64,000 nt of DNA from Candidatus Dadabacteria bacterium (GCA_963805855.1 CAWDVW010000007.1:576001-640000); one strand, 5' to 3'. Numbered from the stretch's first letter, positions 27,790 through 36,354 are shown. Numbers and translations: made by a program. Notes: generated by a model from the sequence alone, not told the origin.

Positions 27790-28917
27790 TCACTGGGTTT
27801 TATCGACGAACCCTTCCTCATCTCCGCCCGGGCCGTAGTGGCAGTTGTAGCACCAGCCGCTATCGATGGTGATGTCTGCGGGATCATCCTCTTTTGAGGT
27901 CAAAGTGTCGTGGCAGATCATGCATTGAGCAGGGTCTTCGCCCTCGGTATCACCATGATTGTCCTGCGTGGCCGAGCCAAGAATCCACGTCGATAAAGGA
28001 GGCATAATAGCAAAGGGGAAGGGATGGTTAGTATTAAGGGGTGTAAAAGAAGACACCGGATCCGCCGTGCCGAGCACGTTTATCTCTAGACTTTGGGGAT
28101 TGGTCTTCACGGAGATTAGGACGTAGGCGAACTCCTCTGGGGAGACGTCGGTGCCATCTGAGTACTTAACCACTGGATGTTCGTCTTGTCCTTTGGAGAA
28201 GGTTAGGATGCGGTATGTCGGATCTTCCAAGCTGCCGATGACCGTCGCCCGTAACGCTTCCCCCACAAACTGGTTAACATTTACTGTTGGGTCATCAATG
28301 CGTGTCGGCACAAGATCATCGCCCAGGTCATTCACCTCGATGAAGAAATCGCCCATCGTCACGCCGCTCAGATCAAACACTGCAGTTGTGCCGTCCATCG
28401 ATATGGTTCCCGTCGCGACGACCATGCTATCCGTATCAAGCAGTTCAGCCTTTGTGAAGGATGTCGCCTTGGTGTCTCCGTGGGTTATGCTGGGGTCCAG
28501 GGTGAGCGAAAGTGTGGCACCTGGGGGGGGTGTAGGTGTAGGGCCAGGGGTTGGTGTGGGAGCAGGCGTTGGTGTGGGAGCAGGCGTTGGTGTGGGAGCA
28601 GGCGTTGGTGTGGGTGTCGGCGCTGGTGTGGGAGTCGCAGTCGGCGTGGGTGTCGGACTGACTATCGGGATACACAACCCAAGATCTGCAGAACATTGCG
28701 CATTTTGGAAGAATTGTCCTCCCTGATCTGTACAGTTGTTTTGATCTATATTACCCTGACAAGTTTCAAGAAATTCACAACAATTCTTGCCCCCTTGATC
28801 TCTATTGTCGATGTCACAGCTATACAGTGCATAGAGAGTAAATATTAGTAATGAAAAAAGTAGTAAAAATGTGCCCGACAGTCTTATCCTCTTATTTATA
28901 TTTATTAGCCCACTCAT
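27790..28917 (-). CDS. Lipoprotein diheme cytochrome with Cys-rich N-domain and Pro/Thr linker
   Basis: Lipobox [14 protein letters not shown] linker (18-bp tandem repeats about 28559-28612); C-terminal CMICH and CYNCH. Confidence 0.85.
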   Translation of the reverse strand: MSGLININKRIRLSGTFLLLFSLLIFTLYALYSCDIDNRDQGGKNCCEFLETCQGNIDQNNCTDQGGQFFQNAQCSADLGLCIPIVSPTPTPTATPTPAPTPTPTPAPTPTPAPTPTPAPTPTPGPTPTPPPGATLSLTLDPSITHGDTKATSFTKAELLDTDSMVVATGTISMDGTTAVFDLSGVTMGDFFIEVNDLGDDLVPTRIDDPTVNVNQFVGEALRATVIGSLEDPTYRILTFSKGQDEHPVVKYSDGTDVSPEEFAYVLISVKTNPQSLEINVLGTADPVSSFTPLNTNHPFPFAIMPPLSTWILGSATQDNHGDTEGEDPAQCMICHDTLTSKEDDPADITIDSGWCYNCHYGPGGDEEGFVDKTQ

Positions 28918-28953
28918 GGTATTTCCTCCTTGAAAGTTAATTTGCCCGTTCCT

Positions 28954-28982
28954 ATTTTAGACCACGGTATGCATGGTGTCAA
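28954..28982 (-). promoter_or_regulatory. Sigma70 promoter TTGACA-N17-TAAAAT
   Basis: Consensus -35 and 17-bp spacer upstream of 28917. Confidence 0.7.
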
Positions 28983-29053
28983 GAAGCAATTTGAAAAGGC
29001 AATTTTCAGCCCCGATGAGAGACGGGAGAATGTTGACGAAGACCCATCCCCGC
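28973..29053. repeat. 81-bp perfect direct repeat, copy 1 (copy 2 at 32060-32140)
   Basis: ATGGTGTCAAGAAGCAATTTG...CCCATCCCCGC identical in both copies, each about 55 bp upstream of paralogous lipoprotein genes. Confidence 0.9.
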
Positions 29054-29111
29054 GCCAGACTATGGGCTATCCCACCAGCAAGACTGGTGGGCTTATATGT
29101 TATGCTTCCCA

Positions 29112-29260
29112 AAGACCAACTTGGAGAGAGGACCCTGGTGGGCTTGTGGCCTGACCACTTTGGGTAGTTATGTCCCTCTCCAAGCTAATCATGCTCTAAG
29201 TTCCATAGTGTTACGTTCCTGGAGAACCCATATAAGAATAACAGAGCATCGAGGTCATTT
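29112..29260 (+). ncRNA. IS110 bridge RNA (target-binding and donor-binding loops)
   Basis: TBL: stem CTTGGAGAG(A)GGAC/GTCCCTCTCCAAG with guides CTGGTGGGCT and TGGGTAG. DBL: stem ATGCTCT/AGAGCAT with guides CATAGTGTTAC and CATATAAG. All four match flanks or ends. Boundaries approximate. Confidence 0.85.
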
Positions 29261-29288
29261 AAAATCTAATTAATAAGGAGGCATAGAT

Positions 29289-30518
29289 ATGCTTTACTGT
29301 GGTATTGACTGGTCTTGGGAGCAATTAACTTTGTTCATCATAGATGACAAAGGTAATCCGATTAAAGATTTTGTAATCAACAATGATCTCGATGGCTTCA
29401 TGTATGCCCTTTCCACTATTCGTCACCTGTGTAAAGAGCACGAGATCATCTTCGCCATTGAGACCTCTAATCAAAGGGTTATAGACTTTTTAATCAGCTA
29501 CGACTACAAGGTCTATCTAATAAATTCCAACTCTATGGATAAGTTCAGAAAGAGGTATAAGACTTCAGGTGTAAAAAGCGATAGTTTCGACGCATTTGTT
29601 ATAGCAAATGTCTTGCGCACAGACATAAGTACTTTGAATGCAGTCACTGCAGACGATCAACTCACCCAAGAGCTCGGAATCGTTCTAAGGGATAGAGAAT
29701 CACTCGTTGAACTTAAGACGAAACTATCGAATCAGCTCAGAGATTCTCTGCGACAATATTTTCCACAGGCCCTCAATCTATTCAATGATATATCTTGTAT
29801 TGTGTCTCTGCAGTTCTTAGAGGCTTTTCCCACACACTGTGATGCTCAGAAGGCTACAAAGAAACAAATACAATCAGTTCTTAGAGAAAATGGCTATTAT
29901 TCTGAGAAGAAATTGCGAGAGATAACCCGAGTCCTAAGGAAAGAGCACTTTCCTCCAAGAGCCAACTTAATAAGGGCTGAGAAAGAATTTACACTTTTCC
30001 TTGTATCCATGATTAAACCACTAATACGGCAGATTAAGGCTTACGATGAGAAGATTGAGTCTCTTTTAGAAAAACACCCTGATACTAAGCTATTCTTAAG
30101 CCTACCGGGGGTAGGAAATAACTTGGCTGGTGGCATGATATCTACCCTGAGAGATGATCGGTCTAGATTTGACTCAGCTAAACAAATCCAATCCCTAGGA
30201 GGCACTGCCCCCATAACTAAATCAAGTGGTAATTATACGTATACTCAATTCAGATTCAGGTGCAACAAGACCTTAAGAAAAACCCTGCATCAATTTGCCT
30301 TCAGTAGCATTACGAAATCCCTTTGGGCTAAGAATTACTACAACAAAAAGCGTGGTGAGGGAAAAACAAGTTCACATGCTTTCCGGTGTCTTGCTAATGC
30401 ATGGGTTAAAGTTATATTTGCTGTCTGGAAAAACAAAACCGTTTATGATGAGAACCGTCATCTAGCATCTGTTTCGAGACATATGATGTCGCAAGATTAT
30501 GTGTTACCTTTGACATAG
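29289..30518 (+). CDS. IS110-family DEDD transposase/bridge recombinase
   Basis: YCGIDWS, AIET and KSDSFDA (DEDD RuvC-like); SLPGVG and KSSG (Tnp serine); AAGGAGG SD. Confidence 0.95.
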   Translation: MLYCGIDWSWEQLTLFIIDDKGNPIKDFVINNDLDGFMYALSTIRHLCKEHEIIFAIETSNQRVIDFLISYDYKVYLINSNSMDKFRKRYKTSGVKSDSFDAFVIANVLRTDISTLNAVTADDQLTQELGIVLRDRESLVELKTKLSNQLRDSLRQYFPQALNLFNDISCIVSLQFLEAFPTHCDAQKATKKQIQSVLRENGYYSEKKLREITRVLRKEHFPPRANLIRAEKEFTLFLVSMIKPLIRQIKAYDEKIESLLEKHPDTKLFLSLPGVGNNLAGGMISTLRDDRSRFDSAKQIQSLGGTAPITKSSGNYTYTQFRFRCNKTLRKTLHQFAFSSITKSLWAKNYYNKKRGEGKTSSHAFRCLANAWVKVIFAVWKNKTVYDENRHLASVSRHMMSQDYVLPLT

Positions 30519-30574
30519 TGTTACTACCCATTTATTTGTAATTATTTCTTGAATAAGAAAGATTTTGTCTGGAT

Positions 30575-30608
30575 AAAAAAAGGGAGGAGGGTTAACTACC
30601 CTCCTCCT
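30575..30608 (-). terminator. Intrinsic terminator
   Basis: GGAGGAGGGT/ACCCTCCTCC hairpin followed by T7 on the minus strand. Confidence 0.75.
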
Positions 30609-30642
30609 AATCTACTGACTTGAATGTCATTTCAATTGGGTT

Positions 30643-32007
30643 TTATTGAGTGGCTAGGAAGTTAGCAATCGCCTGGACTTCTGCAGGTGTGAGAGAACTG
30701 AGGAATCCCATCCCACCCTTATTCTCGTCAATAGCAGTTTGTATCTGGGACGCGGAATCCCCTTGGACATTTACGCCACTGCTGCCTCCAGAACCATCGG
30801 GACCGTGACACCCAGCGCAGTTAGCTGCATAAAGAGCAGCACCATCCTGAGGAATAGGAGTAGCTGTCGGCATTGGTGTGGGAGTGGCTGTTGGAGTAGG
30901 AGTCGGAGTGGCTGTTGGTGTAGCTGTCGGCGTTGGCGTGGGAGTGGCTGTCGGTGTGGGTGTTGGTGTAGCTGTCGGCGTTGGCGTAGGAGTAGCTGTC
31001 GGTGTAGGAGTTGGAATAGGCACTAGGCCGGATCTCAGTTCACAATCATCCGTATCCACCGAAGAACTGTCTCTTTGATCGACAGCCTGCACGCCGCCGT
31101 CAATTACACAAATTGCAAATGGATCCCCAGATGGAAGAAAGTCCACTATAGAGTTATCTTCAGACAAGACTCCATTATTATCTGCAGTGACGAATATATT
31201 GCCTCCCACCAGAGCCACTGCCGAGTCGTTGGAAGTGCGAATCCCGTTATTACTCGCATTAATCGTCAGTGTTGGTGTCGCAGTTGCGTTAAGATTAACA
31301 TTCGCAGAATCCTGAGCAAGAATTCCATCTTCACAATTGTCGAGTGTAAGGTCGGCTACCACGATGTCGACACTGGAATCTCCCGAAGCTCCAATACAAT
31401 TCTCGCCTTCCCCTTCTACCGTAAGATCGGCGTTCGGTTCATTAATTGAAAATATCCCGCTACCACTCGTTCGGATTACAGGAGAGGTGATGTCAAAGTT
31501 ATCAATTTGCAAAGTGGGCGGATCGACATCTGTAATAAAAGTCAAATCTAAATCGACAGTACTGCTCGAAGTAACATTTATCTGAATACTCGCGCTTTCA
31601 GTAGCCGGTGGAAGAAGTGAAACCGTAATGGTATATGCGCCTCCCGACGGAACGTCGAGAGAATAGTTACCCAAATCATCGGTCGTAGTCGAAGTAACCA
31701 GGGACCCGTTCTGGAAAACCTCGACGAGAACAGATTCGCCCACCTGGGCAATAGAATCTTTTGTAAGTGTAAGAAAATTCTTGATCCTTTCTAATATCGA
31801 AGGCTTTTCCGGCGCTGGCGCATTCATCGCACCAGGGCCAACCACATTTATGGTGCCGACTATCAAAGTCTGACCTTTACCCCCTTGATCTCTGTTGTTT
31901 ATATCACAGCTATATAGTGCAAATACAGCGAGCAATAATAATGAGAAAATGAGTACGGATGCGCCTGATACTCTTACCCTCCTATTTATACTCTTTAAAC
32001 CAATCAC
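30643..32007 (-). CDS. Lipoprotein with beta-rich stalk, Pro/Thr linker and C-terminal monoheme cytochrome c
   Basis: GTG start after GGAGG; lipobox LYSC; (PTPTAT)n linker; GAALYAANCAGCH...GGM class I heme domain. Confidence 0.85.
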   Translation of the reverse strand: MIGLKSINRRVRVSGASVLIFSLLLLAVFALYSCDINNRDQGGKGQTLIVGTINVVGPGAMNAPAPEKPSILERIKNFLTLTKDSIAQVGESVLVEVFQNGSLVTSTTTDDLGNYSLDVPSGGAYTITVSLLPPATESASIQINVTSSSTVDLDLTFITDVDPPTLQIDNFDITSPVIRTSGSGIFSINEPNADLTVEGEGENCIGASGDSSVDIVVADLTLDNCEDGILAQDSANVNLNATATPTLTINASNNGIRTSNDSAVALVGGNIFVTADNNGVLSEDNSIVDFLPSGDPFAICVIDGGVQAVDQRDSSSVDTDDCELRSGLVPIPTPTPTATPTPTPTATPTPTPTATPTPTPTATPTATPTPTPTATPTPMPTATPIPQDGAALYAANCAGCHGPDGSGGSSGVNVQGDSASQIQTAIDENKGGMGFLSSLTPAEVQAIANFLATQ

Positions 32008-32040
32008 GGTATTTCCTCCTTTATATCAGATAATCATTAT

Positions 32041-32069
32041 TTTATAAATGGCGCAATGTATGGTGTCAA
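32041..32069 (-). promoter_or_regulatory. Sigma70 promoter TTGACA-N17-TATAAA
   Basis: Same -35 supplied by the 81-bp repeat; 17-bp spacer. Confidence 0.6.
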
Positions 32070-32140
32070 GAAGCAATTTGAAAAGGCAATTTTCAGCCCC
32101 GATGAGAGACGGGAGAATGTTGACGAAGACCCATCCCCGC
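32060..32140. repeat. 81-bp perfect direct repeat, copy 2
   Basis: Identical to 28973-29053. Confidence 0.9.
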
Positions 32141-32296
32141 TCCACTGTTATCAATTTCTCCGGACTGAGTTCTTCAAATATAATTTTTTTGTAGTATGTC
32201 ATATTTTCGGACAAGCGACGAAGATTGAACTTCGATAATATCACATCTTTTCAGTAAGTTAGATTGTGGTACGAATATTGCGATACACCCTTACAA

Positions 32297-32731
32297 ATGA
32301 ATAGAAAAGGCGAGAGAATAAGAAATGAGATAATTGCGCTCTATGGAAACGGTGTAAGAAAACCCTCCAATGTCGCTAAAGAGCATCCACGACTTTATTC
32401 GAATGCGAGGAAGGTTTTCGGTTCGTGGAAAAAGGCATTAGAAGCCTGCAAAATAGACTACGAAGAAGCAAGAAATCATAAGAAATGGTCGAGGGAAAAG
32501 GTAGCTAACGAGATTAAAAGGTTATACCTAAGTGGTCATACCCTGAGGCCAAAGGATTTAAAGAAAGGCGGAGCAACAAGGCTGATTTCAGCAGCAAACT
32601 ATCATTTTGGTTCCTGGTCTAAGGCTGTTAAGCAGAGCGGTATATACTATTTATTTGAAAGAAACAACAAGAAGACGGATCAGATTGATATATGCTATAA
32701 TCAATTCAGGACAAAGCAGGGCGTTAGATAA
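32297..32731 (+). CDS. Small basic protein with two FGSW-x2-A repeats (homing-endonuclease-associated-repeat-like, putative DNA-binding)
   Basis: LYSNARKVFGSWKKAL and LISAANYHFGSWSKAV; no nuclease domain visible. Confidence 0.6.
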   Translation: MNRKGERIRNEIIALYGNGVRKPSNVAKEHPRLYSNARKVFGSWKKALEACKIDYEEARNHKKWSREKVANEIKRLYLSGHTLRPKDLKKGGATRLISAANYHFGSWSKAVKQSGIYYLFERNNKKTDQIDICYNQFRTKQGVR

Positions 32732-32756
32732 TCCTTGCTTATAAAATTATAAAATG

Positions 32757-32796
32757 GGTGACAGACACTTGTTTACTGAAAGAAGTGTCTGTCACC
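32757..32796. repeat. 14-bp perfect inverted repeat hairpin
   Basis: GGTGACAGACACTT-N12-AAGTGTCTGTCACC. Confidence 0.7.
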
Positions 32797-32815
32797 TGTT
32801 AGAGAGAGTTGAAAA

Positions 32816-33913
32816 ATGAATCACGATAACTTGAAGAGAGATAGATACTTCTATTCAAAACCCATAAACGTATACTTTGAGAGCACAATTGCATGTGACC
32901 TTGACTGTAAACATTGCCGAGCGGAGGCAATACCCGAGAGAAGCCCTTTTGAACTAGATACCGAGGAGGTGAAGAAATTTCTAAGGGATGTGAAGAAATT
33001 AGGCTCTCATCTCATAATATCAGGTGGAGACCCTCTTAAAAGAGAAGACCTGTTCGACATCATCTCCTATGCAAGGGGGATTGGAATTCCAGTTGGAGTT
33101 ACTCCCACGACTTCTCCGCTCGCCACATTCGAAGCTATTAAAAGGATGAAAGATCTCGGGATCTTTGCCCTCGGTATAAGCCTTGATGGCGCGACTCAGG
33201 AATCACAGGATAGTTTCAGGGGAGTTGACGGAACCTTCAATAACTCTATGAGGGTTTTAAATTATGCAAAAGAGCTTAATATTCCAGTACAGGTTAATAC
33301 GACTTGCACAAAAGGGACAATTTCAGAGATAGAAGGAATTTACAATCTTTTAGCAGAAAATTTTTCTCCACCCGTTAGCAGATGGTCAATCTTCTTCCTC
33401 ATACCCGTTGGGAGGGGGAAAGAGCTTGGGATGCCTTCTTCTTCCGAGGTAGAATCAATTTTCGGATTTTTATACAAAAAATCCAATGAGTCTCCCTTTC
33501 AGATAACAACAACCGAAGCCCCTTCTTACAGGGCTTATTTCTTCCTCAAGGAATTTGAAAAAGGTAAAAACAGGGATGAAATAATACACGGGAACAGAAG
33601 AATGGGATTAGGTGTGAGGGATGGGAACGGTGTCATTTTCGTATCCCATAGAGGCGACATATACCCTTCGGGTTTCCTCCCGATTAACCTCGGAAATGTG
33701 AGGGAAAAGAAGCTTTCGGATATCTACAGAAATGATGAGATCCTAAATACACTTCGTGACCCCGGCTTCTACAAAGGAAAGTGCGGAGTGTGCCCATTCA
33801 AGTTTATATGCGGGGGTTCAAGGGCAAGAGCATACGCCGTAAATGGCGATTTCCTCGAGGCCGACCCTCTATGTTACTTTGATGAGGAATACCTGAAGAG
33901 CATAAATTTCTAG
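32816..33913 (+). CDS. Radical SAM/SPASM protein, NirJ/AhbD-like (heme biosynthesis)
   Basis: CDLDCKHC (CX3CX2C), SGGDPL, GKCGVCPFKFICGGSRARAYA, DPLC. Confidence 0.8.
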   Translation: MNHDNLKRDRYFYSKPINVYFESTIACDLDCKHCRAEAIPERSPFELDTEEVKKFLRDVKKLGSHLIISGGDPLKREDLFDIISYARGIGIPVGVTPTTSPLATFEAIKRMKDLGIFALGISLDGATQESQDSFRGVDGTFNNSMRVLNYAKELNIPVQVNTTCTKGTISEIEGIYNLLAENFSPPVSRWSIFFLIPVGRGKELGMPSSSEVESIFGFLYKKSNESPFQITTTEAPSYRAYFFLKEFEKGKNRDEIIHGNRRMGLGVRDGNGVIFVSHRGDIYPSGFLPINLGNVREKKLSDIYRNDEILNTLRDPGFYKGKCGVCPFKFICGGSRARAYAVNGDFLEADPLCYFDEEYLKSINF

Positions 33914-33944
33914 ATTTACGCACTCTAATCCTTTCAACCCTAAT

Positions 33945-34176
33945 CCGGACATCCTGAGCAAGGTCAAAGGATGATTTAAGATCACCAAATGGAGTAATTG
34001 CACACTTCGATGAACTCAGTGTGAACGGGTTAGTGAGATTTTAACGTCTTCGCTTCTGATTTTTAACGCAATTTTTGGAAGGCCATTAAAGTCCCTTTCA
34101 TTTTGAAAAGGATTAATGCAAATCAATCAACTCATGAAATTTTGGAAAATTTGCCCGCAACATATCTAACTTCTAC
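33945..34176. repeat. Partial copy of the MITE-like family including the CATCCTGAGC/CACTTCGATGAACTCAGTGTG unit
   Basis: Strong similarity to about 27328-27557; boundaries approximate. Confidence 0.65.
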
Positions 34177-34308
34177 GATTCCGAATGAGATGAAACGATC
34201 CTCGCCACCCCTGTTTTGATCGGCGATTAGGCAACTCACCTACCTGTTATCGAGAGAGGAGATTGTTTATTCGTAAAATCATGGCTTGCTACCGCCCGTG
34301 TACTTTGC

Positions 34309-34977
34309 TTATTCCTCTACGACATATTCAAACGTAACTGCGCAAGCGGCAATAAAGATCAGATCAAATGATATCAGAATGTGTAAAGCAGAATCGTTAA
34401 ATAGTATTGAATCGCCTTGAAGTATTGACCCTGTTAATTTTACGGAGCTAATTATTACCGGGATCACGATAGGGAAAAGAAGAATAGGAAGAAGAACTTC
34501 ACGAAGCTTCGTATTCAGCGCGACCGCAGAGAAAAGTGTTCCTACCGAAACAAAGCCAACAGTTCCCAGGATTATCACAAGCAAGAGAGGTAGCAGGACA
34601 TCGGTAAAGCTGAAATTAAAAAATAGACTGAATAAAGGAAGGATGATCAACTCGACTATAATAACAAAAATAAAATTCCCAATCATTTTCCCAAAGAATA
34701 GAACGCTCCTGTCAACCGGCGTCAGAAGGAGCCCCATTATGGAATTTCCCTCTTTTTCGATTGCGAATGAGCGACTGAGTCCCAAAACTCCGGCAAAGGT
34801 GAACGAAACCCATAAGATGGCGGGAGCCGCAAATTTTATGACCTCCGTTGAAAGGCTGAAGGCAAAATTAAAAATAACAAGCAACAGTATTGCAAACGTA
34901 AACATGGCTGACAGGAGTTCCTTAGTCCTGAGCTCGATTATTATGTCTTTATAGAGGATCGCAATGATATTTTTCAT
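34309..34977 (-). CDS. ccmB: Heme exporter membrane subunit CcmB
   Basis: KDIIIELRTKE, AILWV, LSRSF..EKE.., REVLLPILLFP; 6 TM. Confidence 0.93.
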   Translation of the reverse strand: MKNIIAILYKDIIIELRTKELLSAMFTFAILLLVIFNFAFSLSTEVIKFAAPAILWVSFTFAGVLGLSRSFAIEKEGNSIMGLLLTPVDRSVLFFGKMIGNFIFVIIVELIILPLFSLFFNFSFTDVLLPLLLVIILGTVGFVSVGTLFSAVALNTKLREVLLPILLFPIVIPVIISSVKLTGSILQGDSILFNDSALHILISFDLIFIAACAVTFEYVVEE

Positions 34978-35040
34978 GTTTCAAACCGATAATCCTGCAG
35001 GATGCCAGGGTATCGTTAAGTCAAGGATCAGTTTCTCATC

Positions 35041-35374
35041 TCATTGCTGTAAATGTCAGATATTTCCAGGCCAGAATCTTTAAACGTATCTTCCTCAGTT
35101 GCTTTAGCCTTATCTCTAACTTCTTTGTCTTGATACAAAGAAGCAAAAATCAAGGCTGTCCAAAAATTTGCTAAAAATCATACACTCCGACTAAAACATT
35201 TAATCCAACCACAACCCGCAAATTTTTTTTAACGTCTTCATTCCTGATTTTCTTGACGCAATTTTTGGAAGGCCGTTCAAGTCCTTTTCATTCTAAAAAG
35301 GACTAATACAAGCTAATCTCCTCACAAAATCGCATCAAGTTTGCCCCCGAATCATATAACATTTACAGCAATGA
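35041..35374. mobile_element. 334-bp MITE-like element between ccmA and ccmB
   Basis: 16-bp perfect TIR TCATTGCTGTAAATGT / ACATTTACAGCAATGA; internal blocks shared with 27088-27567, 33945-34176 and about 63925-63985. Confidence 0.75.
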
Positions 35375-35479
35375 CAGTGCACATGCACGGGCGAAGTAAA
35401 AAATCAGTGCAAAAAATCATTTCTCAACCAATCTTAAATCAAATCCGAAGCACTTAAATTTTAGAGAACATGCCCGCTG

Positions 35480-36202
35480 TCATATGGGTTTAACTACCTT
35501 CTCAAAATATATATCTGTAAATTTGTCATCCTCAAGGTCATTCGTGAGACCTTCAAAGACAAACGTTCCATTACTAAGAATTGCTACTCTATCGCTCAGC
35601 TCAAACCCTTCTGATATGTTATGAGTCGTCATCAATATAGTTCTCTTTTGCGTTTTAAGCAATTTCAGCATCTCATTAAATATTCTGGTCCCATGCTGAT
35701 CCAGACCCGAGTAGGGTTCATCCAAAAGAAGGATTTTAGGGTCATGAACTATTGCCCGCGCTACAGCCAGACGTTGCTTCATGCCACTGGAAAATGTCCT
35801 GACCAGATCGTGCCTTCTATTCTCGAGTCCTACTCTTCTGATTACCTCGGCGGCCTTTTCGTCAGCATTTGAGATTCCATACATCGAAGCAAAAAATCTA
35901 ATATTCTCAAAAGCGCTAAGACTTTCGTATAAAAAGGGCTGATGTGAAATGAAGCCGACAGATTTTCGTATCTCCTGAGGTTCTTTTTTTATATCGTGCC
36001 CTGCTATCAATACCTTCCCTTTTGTAGGCTTGGTTAGAGAGGATAGGATTCTCAGCAGCGTTGTCTTCCCCGCGCCATTAGGTCCGAAAATCGTAAGAAA
36101 CTCCCCCTCTCCGACGCTAAGATCAATGCCGGCTAATGCGTCAAGGCTTCCGAATGATTTTGAAAGCCCCTCGATGTGTATATCGAAACAGGTGGTATCC
36201 AA
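35480..36202 (-). CDS. ccmA: Heme exporter ATP-binding subunit CcmA
   Basis: GPNGAGKTT, FSSGMKQR, LLLDEP; upstream of ccmB. Confidence 0.9.
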   Translation of the reverse strand: MDTTCFDIHIEGLSKSFGSLDALAGIDLSVGEGEFLTIFGPNGAGKTTLLRILSSLTKPTKGKVLIAGHDIKKEPQEIRKSVGFISHQPFLYESLSAFENIRFFASMYGISNADEKAAEVIRRVGLENRRHDLVRTFSSGMKQRLAVARAIVHDPKILLLDEPYSGLDQHGTRIFNEMLKLLKTQKRTILMTTHNISEGFELSDRVAILSNGTFVFEGLTNDLEDDKFTDIYFEKVVKPI

Positions 36203-36354
36203 TTATTAGTATCCTAAACGATAACAAGAAGATAAAAGACTTATGAAAATCAAGAAATAAACAGTGTTCGTAAATTATATTCAGAATACTTACAAATTGT
36301 TATTAATACACAGGAAGATTGTATCCAAAGGGTTGGTAACATGGAAGTCTTTGC

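Larger units (their letters stand above)
29092..30525 (+). mobile_element. IS110-family insertion sequence (CT core at both ends, 1434 bp)
   Basis: CT at 29092-29093 and 30524-30525; ends defined by bridge-RNA guide matches; circle junction gives TTGACA-N17-TATGCT. Confidence 0.9.

Noticed and set aside
28151-28848. Gly/Val- or Arg/Trp/Cys-repeat ORFs on the + strand (also 30739-31078)
   Set aside because: Antisense shadows of the Pro/Thr linkers.
28973-29053. 81-bp repeat as the IS110 left end (with a solo end at 32060)
   Set aside because: Bridge-RNA guides and the junction promoter place the left end at 29092; the repeat lies outside the element.
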